Positions 21,331-30,145 of a DNA stretch of 64,000 nt are shown here, piece after piece. Below the pieces are notes generated by a model that ran no database searches, had not been told where the DNA came from, and saw nothing but the letters and a program-made list of their open reading frames with translations. Source of the stretch: a bacterium (GTDB lineage: Bacteria > Zhuqueibacterota > Zhuqueibacteria > Residuimicrobiales > Krinioviventaceae); assembly GCA_963674595.2 (NCBI GenBank), contig CAXXFV010000014.1, positions 64,001-128,000 on the forward strand, written 5' to 3'. A program made the translations under genes and the position numbers. Position 1 is the stretch's first letter. Every line of letters begins with the position of its first letter.

Positions 21331-21738
21331 CTATTTCAGTCCTTTTTCATTAAAAAATTGGGAATACTTTTTGTCCGTCACCTTTATATGATTTTTAAGC
21401 CAACTGCTTAAAAAACTCATCACCTCAATTGATATACCCAAACTTCCTTTTTCAAATCCCTGCCTAAACTCTGTAACCTTTTCAACAAAATCAGCATGTT
21501 CTTTTTTATGGGCTTCTGTTTCAGGATATCCAAACTGGTCAAAGTACTTTTCTTCTGTTTTGAAATGTATTGATGTATAGCTAATCAAGCTATTTACAAT
21601 TTTCCCCAAAACATCTTTGGCTTTCCCCTGTCTCATGGCATCATGCAGCTCATTAATAAGAGACACAAGCCTTTTGTGCTGCTGGTCAATTTCAGCCACG
21701 TTTACACTTAAACTATCATTCCAGTTAATCAAAGCCAT
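21331..21738 (-). CDS. Bacteriohemerythrin
   Basis: W..SLSVNV..ID.QHK.L, HF..EE, HK.EH and WL..HI...D di-iron motifs; GGAGG RBS before the ATG at 21738. Confidence 0.95.
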   Translation of the reverse strand: MALINWNDSLSVNVAEIDQQHKRLVSLINELHDAMRQGKAKDVLGKIVNSLISYTSIHFKTEEKYFDQFGYPETEAHKKEHADFVEKVTEFRQGFEKGSLGISIEVMSFLSSWLKNHIKVTDKKYSQFFNEKGLK

Positions 21739-21773
21739 CTCTACCTCCAAATTATTTATCACACGACAATACT

Positions 21774-21813
21774 AAAAAAAACAAACCGCAGAAGCAAAAC
21801 ACCTCCTGCGGTT
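21774..21813 (-). terminator. Intrinsic terminator after SPFH gene
   Basis: AAACCGCAGGAG...CTTCTGCGGTTTGTTTTTTTT on the minus strand. Confidence 0.75.
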
Positions 21814-21838
21814 TAAAAATTTCGAATATTATTTTATA

Positions 21839-22762
21839 TTATTCTTTTTTTGTTTTATTTATTACAGACATTGCCGCAGCAACCATTGATGCCATGTCTC
21901 CTAAATTATTGGGAATAATCATTGTATTATTCTCTTTGGCCAATTTACCAAACTCTGCTACGTATTTCTCGGCGACTCTTAAATTGGCTGCTGTCTCACC
22001 ACCATCAAGGCTTAAAGACTCGGCGATTTTGCGAATTCCCTCGGCGGTAGCAACGGCAACCAGTTCAATCTCCTTTGCCTGGCCTTCTGCTTCGTTAATT
22101 CGTCTCTGTTTTTCACCTTCTGAAACTTCAATGGCTTCCTTTTTCAAACCTTCGGCACGATTGATTCGGGACTGTCGATCACCTTCTGATGTGGCAATAG
22201 CGGCACGTTTTTCTCTTTCAGCTCTCATTTGTTTTTCCATGGCGTCCATAACACTCTGCGGTGGGGTGATATCCTTAATCTCATAACGTAAAACTTTAAC
22301 ACCCCAGTTCTGTGCCGCTTCATCAATGGCGGCCACCACTCGCTGATTTAGACTTTCCCGTTCTTCAAAGGTCCTGTCCAGTTCAATTTTACCGATTACA
22401 GACCGAAGCGAAGTCTGCGCAAGCTGACTGGCAGCCAATCGATAATTATCAATACCATAAGCCGACAGTTTGCTGTCAATAACTTGCAGATAAAGAACAC
22501 CATCAACTGAAACAGAGACATTATCGGTTGTTATACAGTCCTGGGAAGGAATATCCATAACCTCTTCCTTTAAGGACCGTTTATAGGCGACTTTATCAAG
22601 AAACGGTATCAAAATGTGAAATCCAGCACCCAGGGTTTTACTGTATTTTCCAAGACGTTCAATGATAAATTCTGATCTTTGTGGTACAACAACGGCTGTT
22701 TTTACCAGCAAAATAATTACGATAACAGCTATAATACCAACAACAAACAATGATTCACCCAT
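21839..22762 (-). CDS. SPFH/band-7 (stomatin/paraslipin, QmcA-like) protein
   Basis: ERLGKY, AQTSLRSVIG, WGVKVLRYEIKDI and MEKQMRAEREKRA. Confidence 0.95.
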   Translation of the reverse strand: MGESLFVVGIIAVIVIILLVKTAVVVPQRSEFIIERLGKYSKTLGAGFHILIPFLDKVAYKRSLKEEVMDIPSQDCITTDNVSVSVDGVLYLQVIDSKLSAYGIDNYRLAASQLAQTSLRSVIGKIELDRTFEERESLNQRVVAAIDEAAQNWGVKVLRYEIKDITPPQSVMDAMEKQMRAEREKRAAIATSEGDRQSRINRAEGLKKEAIEVSEGEKQRRINEAEGQAKEIELVAVATAEGIRKIAESLSLDGGETAANLRVAEKYVAEFGKLAKENNTMIIPNNLGDMASMVAAAMSVINKTKKE

Positions 22763-22771
22763 TTCTCTCTC

Positions 22772-23221
22772 CTATAATAATTTTACTTTAAAAGTTAAAC
22801 CATCTTCCGAATTTTGACTCTCGATGACAACAGCCCGGCCTTCCTCAATCTCAGAGTCGGCAACGGCCCTCCAAAAACTTCCCATTACTTTAATTTCACC
22901 GGGAAGCCCGGGAGAAATAGTTTTGGTTACTATAGCATTTTTACCGATTTTTGATTCAGCATAGGCATCATCAATCTGATCTCGTGTTGTGCCTTTAAAT
23001 GTTTTGATGCCATATTTTCTCAATGTAAAAAGAAGGACCAAAGATGATATGATAAAAATCGATACCTGAGCTGTTAAATTGATATCGAACAGCAAATCTA
23101 AAATTGCAACAATCCAGCAACCACCGGTAAAAAATATTAAAATTAATCCCGGTAAAAACAACTCGGCAACTAAAAAAACAACACCTATGAGAAACCATAT
23201 TAACGGGGGCGACAGACTCAT
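22772..23221 (-). CDS. NfeD-like membrane protein (YbbJ-type)
   Basis: N-terminal TM helices and an OB-fold tail (IGKNAIV..GEIKV.GSFWRA); usual SPFH partner. Confidence 0.9.
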   Translation of the reverse strand: MSLSPPLIWFLIGVVFLVAELFLPGLILIFFTGGCWIVAILDLLFDINLTAQVSIFIISSLVLLFTLRKYGIKTFKGTTRDQIDDAYAESKIGKNAIVTKTISPGLPGEIKVMGSFWRAVADSEIEEGRAVVIESQNSEDGLTFKVKLL

Positions 23222-23623
23222 TATTTCCTCCTCTTATATTTTAGTATGTAACATAAAAAAAATAAGCTAACACATCCCAACTAACACTTGTTCTAATATC
23301 CAGTAGATTAACCAAAATTATTTTCTACTCGCGAATCCAAACACAATCACTAATTAATTATGCCAAGTGCAACCTCCCCTTTTTTTACGGATTTAATAAT
23401 TTTTTGACAGGAATGTACAACCTCTGCCTCCTATAGCAAAAAAGCATGACTTTTTTTATAACCGAAAAAACTAAGTCCTAAAAAGTTTAAGATAATACAA
23501 AATATAAAAAAACAGCGCAAGGATTATTTACTATAAATGTTTCCCCCCTGTTGTCTAATCATTTTATAAAAATTTTGACAAAATAAAAAAAACATTGGTA
23601 ACAATGAGTATTTGAATTTTCTG

Positions 23624-24043
23624 CTACATAAATCGAATTAATATGGGTATAATGATCGAATTTACCACAAGGCAAGCGATAACAACCGTTAAGAAAAAAT
23701 ACCGCTTGTTATAATTCGTCATTAATGATGAATCATAATATTTTTCCACTTGGTTTTCCTTGTACATTAAAATAAGACCGTGCAGCAGTTTATTACGGGT
23801 GTTTTTTCCGGTATGCAAGGCTGCAATTGCTACAACGTTTACGATGATAGAAACAAAAATAAAAACGACAAGCACAAAATCATCACTCGAATTTGCATTT
23901 TTAGAAGAAGCATTATTAGCGACAGAAGAATTAATAGCCAGTATGATGAGGTTGAACAAGACAGCCGTCACAGTAAATATTGTATCTGTCCGCGAACTTT
24001 GCTGCAGTTCATTTACAATGTGCTCATGGACTTTTTCAATCAT
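23624..24043 (-). CDS. Small membrane protein, unknown function
   Basis: Three hydrophobic segments; CAGGAGG RBS. Confidence 0.7.
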   Translation of the reverse strand: MIEKVHEHIVNELQQSSRTDTIFTVTAVLFNLIILAINSSVANNASSKNANSSDDFVLVVFIFVSIIVNVVAIAALHTGKNTRNKLLHGLILMYKENQVEKYYDSSLMTNYNKRYFFLTVVIACLVVNSIIIPILIRFM

Positions 24044-24095
24044 AACATCCTCCTGATTAAATTAAAAACAGACCATATAAAAAGTCTATTCTTGA

Positions 24096-25190
24096 CTAAA
24101 AAGGCCTTGAAAAATATGAAAAAAAGCGTGAAATCTTGTCTGGTGGATCAAACAATATTTGACCGGGAATTGCAAAAGCCTTTGAAAAATTCGGATCCAA
24201 TGCCGTTGCCTCTTTTTGCAATTCATCACCTTTCTCTTTATCTCCCTGAAATAAATAGATTTTGGCCAACATACCGATGACATAAGCCTTTACAGGCTTG
24301 ATTGGTGCCGGTTTTGATTTTAGAAAAGTTTCAAACTCTTTAATTATGAGAGGAGCCAGGGAATCAAGATTTTCACGATTCTGCATAAACTGCATCATGT
24401 AATACCTTCCCAGGTCCACATAAAGCGTATTTTTCTCAGCATTTAACTGAATGGCTTTATCAAAACATTTTCCGGCCTGTTCAATATCACCTTTTTGTAA
24501 ATAAGCTCTTCCCAATGCTTCATAAACATCCGCATTGTCTTGATGATTTTTTTCTATATTTTGCCAAAACTTGATATAATCAGCATCCCGAGGCATAACA
24601 AGCTCACGTGCCTTGGCACCGAATACAACATCTGCTTTTTCCAAATCCCGAGTGTACTTTTCAGCTTTAGCACTATCCCCTCCAACATTTGATGGAAGCA
24701 TTTTTAAAAGCTCAACAAGGAATAACTTTGCTTCGTAATAGTTCGGTTCCAAACGCAGAACAGATTCAAAAGTTGAAACCGTTTCCTTGGCAACTTTTTC
24801 AACTTGAATTTTACTTAATCCCTGATAAGTAGCGTAAATTCTTGTATAGCAAACATAACCTTTAAAAAACAAATATATTACATTATTCGAATCAATCTCA
24901 ACGGCTTTATTTATAGTATGTTGCATATCATCCAATCCGGCAATAAGCTTGTGGGGGTCTCCCAATCCAATGTTAAGTTTTGTTCGCGCCAGTTCAAACC
25001 AAGCGGCAGCATCTGCAGAATCTTTTTTTATAGCCTGTTCCAATAGAACTTGCGCAGCATCTGCCTTACCATCCATCCTTAATTCATAAGCCCTATGTAC
25101 CAAATCATCAGCTAGTTTCTCAGAGCAGGAGAAAATGAATAGCATAAAAATAACAGTAATGCTTGCTATTTTAAAAAAATTTTCTTTCAT
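24096..25190 (-). CDS. TPR-repeat lipoprotein
   Basis: Lipobox IFSC; TPR patterns (ALGRAYLQKGDIEQA..FDKAIQLN). Confidence 0.8.
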   Translation of the reverse strand: MKENFFKIASITVIFMLFIFSCSEKLADDLVHRAYELRMDGKADAAQVLLEQAIKKDSADAAAWFELARTKLNIGLGDPHKLIAGLDDMQHTINKAVEIDSNNVIYLFFKGYVCYTRIYATYQGLSKIQVEKVAKETVSTFESVLRLEPNYYEAKLFLVELLKMLPSNVGGDSAKAEKYTRDLEKADVVFGAKARELVMPRDADYIKFWQNIEKNHQDNADVYEALGRAYLQKGDIEQAGKCFDKAIQLNAEKNTLYVDLGRYYMMQFMQNRENLDSLAPLIIKEFETFLKSKPAPIKPVKAYVIGMLAKIYLFQGDKEKGDELQKEATALDPNFSKAFAIPGQILFDPPDKISRFFSYFSRPF

Positions 25191-25596
25191 GATTTATGCT
25201 CCTTATATATGGAATATATATCTATTCTAAAAAGTTAATAAAACCAGGAATAGTAATGAATAACAGCACAAAGAGAACAACAGGAAATGACCAAAAAATA
25301 TGAATGATATCAGGCGAGTTATGTATTCGTTCATTCCTGAAAACGAAGTAAAGCTACAGAATAATCCAATTTTTTAATTAACAAAAATGTTGAAGTCCTA
25401 TATCATTTCTTGTTAAATGCCGGTATTGATTTGAGATTCTGAATACGTATAATACAATCAGGATTACCTTTCATCCGCTCCGAGCCGACATCTTTCAGTT
25501 CATCTCTATTATGCTGTTCAAATCTTTCCTTTCAACCATTTAAGAATTTTTCAATCCTGTAAACAGTGGTTTTATAAATGCTGAGAATTCAATTAA

Positions 25597-25995
25597 CTAA
25601 AATCTTAATTCACATCCAAAAACAGGATAAAATCCGGTATAGGCTATTCCTGTTGTATACCCGCCACCCAATTTTAGAAAAGTTACTTTTTTTATCTTTA
25701 TCTGATAGGCCACAGAGCCATAAAAGACAGACCCGATACCCAGGCCAACAGTACTGTTAAATCCATTTTCAAAATAATTCGAATAGTAATTAATTCCTGT
25801 TGCAGCTATTGAAGGAAACCCGAAAGTATAAAAATGATAAAAATTCCGGCTTTTCTTAATTTCTACCGTATAACCAACCACATCCACACCGTTTGGATGT
25901 AAAAAACCAAAATGAAATGATTTTGCTGTTTCTGCGTTACCAAAGTCAGCAACAGACAAAATAAAGATAACCAAACCACAAATAAAAATTTTCAT
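25597..25995 (-). CDS. Hypothetical exported protein, possible small outer-membrane beta-strand protein
   Basis: Signal peptide, Gly/aromatic amphipathic strands, terminal Phe. Confidence 0.6.
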   Translation of the reverse strand: MKIFICGLVIFILSVADFGNAETAKSFHFGFLHPNGVDVVGYTVEIKKSRNFYHFYTFGFPSIAATGINYYSNYFENGFNSTVGLGIGSVFYGSVAYQIKIKKVTFLKLGGGYTTGIAYTGFYPVFGCELRF

Positions 25996-26224
25996 ATAAT
26001 GCCTTCTACCTGACTTTTAACATAGATTACATTTGTACGGCTTTTCACTACCTGTAAACAATCAAGTGTGCATTAAAAGACATGATATATGAACCGATAA
26101 TACAAAATATATTATTTCAACGCAAGTTTTAAGTTAATTGAAAAAATCTTAAATGCCTTCGATCGATTATAAATTTTATTGAAAAATTTAACAAAAATTT
26201 CGGAAAATATTTATACAACCAATT

Positions 26225-27063
26225 TTACCATTGCCAACTCTCGACTGCGATTATAAAATTTAAGGCGGCAGAAGAAACTCTTTTGCTTTCATGAAAAGAC
26301 ACCCCAATACCGACACCGAAAAGATGCGACGGATGAAACAATGTTTGGGCCTTAACTACATAACCAAGACTCACAGAAGAATGAATCGTTCCCAGGTCAC
26401 TTTCGGTATTATATTCCCATTGAGAACAACCCAATCCCCCGCTTATAACAACATCCATCCAGCGGGAATTCAGTGAATGGCCGATTGTACTCCATAAAGT
26501 ACTTGTCCCCCAGCATTCCGAGCCGGATGCGTCAACGCCTATCGAAAAGACCTTATTTTTACGGCGATAATGCAGTCCCATTTGAGCATAAAGAGAATTT
26601 GACTTGTGGTTAAAATAATCGACCGCCACAGTAGACCCACCCATTCCCAATTGCAGCCAAAGTGCGTTGCTTTTTTTTGACCTGTTTTGGTTTTTTCATT
26701 ATGACAATCACTTTGTTTATTTTGTAAAAATAAATTTGAATCAAGAGGCGATTCTTTAAAAGGATAAATGATCTCCCCATTTTCATTTAATAATTTTTCA
26801 ATCTGTTTAAATTTATAAATAGAGGGCACCGGATCGTAGAGCAGACTTTTTCTACCCGGATCAAAACAGATACCGTTATTATAAATACCCAAAAGGGTCC
26901 CCTTTATTGTTATCTGTTCAAATGATGTTTCTTCTTGAACCAGAATGAGAATACAGTTGGAGTTGGAGTTGGAATTGGCATGCACTGTATCGGAAGTGGC
27001 TGAATATATACTGCAGATTTTTACAAAAACCAAAAAAGCCAAAACAAAAATTTTTAAATTCAT
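26225..27063 (-). pseudogene. Exported protein split at an A8 tract (N-terminal domain plus beta-barrel-like C-terminal part)
   Basis: ORFs 26539-27063 (signal peptide) and 26225-26650 overlap and join by a -1 shift at T8 26671-26678. Confidence 0.55.
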
Positions 27064-27124
27064 TATATCCCCTAAAATTGAACAAGTTATATACCTGTGC
27101 TCCTTTGTCCGAAAATACCATAAC

Positions 27125-27183
27125 GTAGGGGCACTCCCCTGTGATTGCCCGTAATCAGTACAGACACGGGGGTCTGTCCCTAT
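27125..27183. repeat. GTAG-type REP doublet (REPIN-like)
   Basis: GTAGGGGCACTCCCCTGTGATTGCCC followed by the inverted degenerate copy GTACAGACACGGGGGTCTGTCCCTAT. Confidence 0.7.
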
Positions 27184-27412
27184 GTTTTTGATAATATTAA
27201 AAGCATCAATATATTTTGCAACAGCCTACCCAATAATCCATTACCTATATTAAAATAATACAAAATATACATAACCGACACAAGTGGTATTTGTGATAGT
27301 TTTGAGATACATCTTAAATTATTAAACTTGACTTTTAAATGGTATAAATGTAATTTAAAATAGTAATTTTATAAAATATTTGTTTTGCTTAGATAATAAA
27401 TGGAGCACTAAA

Positions 27413-27604
27413 ATGAAAACCATCAGATATACATATTGGCAGGATGAAGAGTATTATATCGGTTTTCTCAATGATTATCCGGATTATCATACACAGGGAC
27501 TCTCAAAAGAAGAGTTGGTTTCCAGTTTAAAATCCATCCTTGATGATATTGGATCTGGTGAAATCCCCTATATTCGTAAAGTTGAAGAACTGGTTTTACC
27601 TTGA
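27413..27604 (+). CDS. hicB: HicB-family antitoxin (short form)
   Basis: YWQDEEYYIGFLNDYPDYHTQG.SKEEL; GGAG RBS; overlaps hicA by 4 nt. Confidence 0.85.
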   Translation: MKTIRYTYWQDEEYYIGFLNDYPDYHTQGLSKEELVSSLKSILDDIGSGEIPYIRKVEELVLP

Positions 27605-27780
27605 AAAGGCGAATATTAATAAAAAAACTTCATGATTTGGGGTGTATACTTGTACGACATGGTAGTGCACATGATTGGTATACAAATCCTCATACAAAAC
27701 AATCCCAACCCGTTCCACGCCATTCTGAAATCAACGAAAACCTGGCTAAATCCATACTCAATAAACTAAAAAATGATTAA
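27601..27780 (+). CDS. hicA: HicA-family toxin (59 aa, absent from ORF track)
   Basis: TTG start; MKRRILIKKLHDLGCILVRHGSAHDWYTNPHTKQSQPVPRHSEINENLAKSILNKLKND with G.H and VPRH motifs. Confidence 0.9.
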   Translation: MKRRILIKKLHDLGCILVRHGSAHDWYTNPHTKQSQPVPRHSEINENLAKSILNKLKND

Positions 27781-27969
27781 AATATTCATTGGGGCATTTT
27801 CATAAATAATTTTCCATTTTTATTAAAACTATCGATAATCAAAAAAATCTCCAACTTTTGAACTAGCCAGTTTGTATACCCATCTTAAAAAAAACAATTA
27901 ATCTATCCTCAAAGACACAATTTAAAAATAAGATTTAAAACATTTACCTGCTAAAACCTGAAAAAATCC

Positions 27970-28022
27970 TTGACAATGTCGTTTTATTGTTTATATTTAA
28001 TACAGCTACTACAAATTAGTAG
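27970..28022 (+). promoter_or_regulatory. sigma70 promoter plus BlaI/CopY-type operator
   Basis: TTGACA at 27970, TATATT at 27992, palindrome CTACTA-N5-TAGTAG at 28006-28022. Confidence 0.7.
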
Positions 28023-28051
28023 ATAACCTACATTATAAAAAGGAACTCAAA

Positions 28052-28438
28052 ATGAGCAAAAATATTTTGCCGGAACTTTCAAAACCCGAATATAATATCC
28101 TGAGAATTTTATGGAAAAATGGACGCTCAAGTGTACGCGAGGTTCATGACCAGCTTAAAGATTCTCTGGGATGGGCTTATACAACCACCAAAACCATGAT
28201 GGACCGCATGGTTGGAAAAGAATTGCTGGTGCGTGAAAATTTTCATGGAGTAAATCTATACAAAGCCCACATCAGCAGACCCGCCGGTTTGGCCAGAATG
28301 GTACAATTTTTTGCTGACCGTGTACTGGAGGTAGACGCCGGCACTGTGTTGTCGCTCTTTTCCGACAGTAATGCCATTTCACAGGAGGAAATCGAGGAAC
28401 TGGAAAAATTACTTGATGATGAAAAAGAGGGGAAATAA
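28052..28438 (+). CDS. BlaI/MecI/CopY family repressor
   Basis: LSKPEY.IL.ILW..G..SVREV..WAYTT.KT.MDR...K. Confidence 0.92.
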   Translation: MSKNILPELSKPEYNILRILWKNGRSSVREVHDQLKDSLGWAYTTTKTMMDRMVGKELLVRENFHGVNLYKAHISRPAGLARMVQFFADRVLEVDAGTVLSLFSDSNAISQEEIEELEKLLDDEKEGK

Positions 28439-28441
28439 ATA

Positions 28442-29977
28442 GTGATGGTTGAAACACTGATAAATAAAAGTCAAATCGTTCTGCATTTTTTATTGCAGGA
28501 GATGATTTATTCCGGATTTATATTTCTGATCATTGCCGGTTTAGCTTTTCTACTGAGACATAAATCAGCAGTCTGGCAAATGGCCTTGTGGTCACTGGTA
28601 CTGGTGCGGCTGGTGCTGCCCGTTAACTGGCATTTTCGTTTCAGTGTGTGGAATTTATTTAACCAGTTACTTTCCGGTCCGTCAAAAGAAAACTTGAGCG
28701 GCAATGTTTATTTTGGATTTCCTGAAGAAATGATGACGGAAACCAGCACAATGGCAGTAAATCAAGAGACCTTATTTTCTTGGCAAAATTTTCTTCCCCT
28801 CCTGCTGATATGCATCTGGATAACCGGCGTTCTGGTTTTGTTGACAATTTTCATAAAAAGATATTTAAAATATAAAAAACTTGTAAACAAATCCAGTGTG
28901 GTTGAGGATAAACATATCCGGGATATTTTATTTACTTGGAAAAAACACTTTAATATAAAACGCACAGTTATAATTATTACAGAGGATTTTGATATTATTC
29001 CATTTACAATGGGGACCTTGAGACCGGTGATTTTTTTACCCCAAAATATTGTACGGCAGAATCAAAAACATATTCTCGAACCGGTCATCGCCCATGAACT
29101 GGCGCATATTAAAAGACTGGATGACCTGTTTATCCGTTTGCAAAGTTTTATTCAAATTATCTATTTTTTCAATCCTGTTGTTTGGATCACCACCAGTCGT
29201 ATCAACCTGGCCAGGGAATGCGTGTGCGACAGCATGGTGCTTTTCAAAGGTGCAATGACCTTAACTAATTATGCACAAGGAATTTTAAATGTACTGAAAA
29301 ACAGTACGTTTGAAAACAACCACCTGATTCCTATGCCGGCATTTGGAAATCAGAAACAAAAACTAAAAACCAGAATACTCAAAATGAAAGGAACAAACCA
29401 AATGCAAAAAAATCACCTTCTGCTGGTCGGCATGGCTGTCATGTTACTTGGCTTTACTATTTTACCAATGGCCAAAGAGTCGTCCGATTTGATTTTAAAA
29501 ACAGATGCTGAACAAAACATAAATTCAACAGATGTGACAGAAAAAGTAAAACCCGAAAAAACAGAAAAATTTATTTGTCCTGTAAAATTTGAACAAATTA
29601 CATTAAAATTTGGAATTTCAAAAGACCCGTTTAATCCTAAAATGTATTATAAACATATGGGTATTGATCTGAGAGCAAAAAAGGGAGAACCTGTCGCAGC
29701 GGTTGCCGACGGAACGGTTCTAAAAGCAGAAACAAAATACAAAATCAACAAAGGTTATGGCAAGTTTATATTGATACAACATAACGATGGTGTTATCAGC
29801 CGCTATGCGCATCTCGATGCTGTTGATGTTGAAATCGGACAAATAGTGAAATCCGGGCAGGAAATCGGCAAGGTGGGCACGACCGGTAGATCAACAGGTC
29901 CGCATTTACATTTTGAATTAAAGATTGATGACGAAAATGTTGATCCGGAAGATTATATCGATTTTAAAAACAATTAA
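28442..29977 (+). CDS. BlaR1-like M56 peptidase fused to a C-terminal M23 peptidase domain
   Basis: HELAH, FFNP.VW, RECVCD (M56); HMGID and GPHLHFE (M23). Confidence 0.9.
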   Translation: MMVETLINKSQIVLHFLLQEMIYSGFIFLIIAGLAFLLRHKSAVWQMALWSLVLVRLVLPVNWHFRFSVWNLFNQLLSGPSKENLSGNVYFGFPEEMMTETSTMAVNQETLFSWQNFLPLLLICIWITGVLVLLTIFIKRYLKYKKLVNKSSVVEDKHIRDILFTWKKHFNIKRTVIIITEDFDIIPFTMGTLRPVIFLPQNIVRQNQKHILEPVIAHELAHIKRLDDLFIRLQSFIQIIYFFNPVVWITTSRINLARECVCDSMVLFKGAMTLTNYAQGILNVLKNSTFENNHLIPMPAFGNQKQKLKTRILKMKGTNQMQKNHLLLVGMAVMLLGFTILPMAKESSDLILKTDAEQNINSTDVTEKVKPEKTEKFICPVKFEQITLKFGISKDPFNPKMYYKHMGIDLRAKKGEPVAAVADGTVLKAETKYKINKGYGKFILIQHNDGVISRYAHLDAVDVEIGQIVKSGQEIGKVGTTGRSTGPHLHFELKIDDENVDPEDYIDFKNN

Positions 29978-29998
29978 TAAAAATTACTCAATTTCACA

Positions 29999-30029
29999 AA
30001 AAAAAGCAGGAGAACATCCTGCTTTTTTT
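29999..30029. terminator. Bidirectional intrinsic terminator
   Basis: AAAAAAGCAGGA-GAACA-TCCTGCTTTTTT. Confidence 0.85.
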
Positions 30030-30145
30030 ATGTAAACAAATCTCTATTAAAAAATAATCAGCATCAGTGATAAAAATCATCAAAATACAAAAAGCCCTTA
30101 TCAAATTAGATGATTAAATCACTGAATGCTGATATTACTAAATCC

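Noticed and set aside
25225-25560. Possible decayed membrane-protein gene on the minus strand
   Set aside because: Only a short hydrophobic stretch with no recognisable homology.
20175-27063. Integron cassette array among the co-oriented hypothetical genes
   Set aside because: No convincing attC (RYYYAAC..GTTRRRY) sites and no integrase seen.
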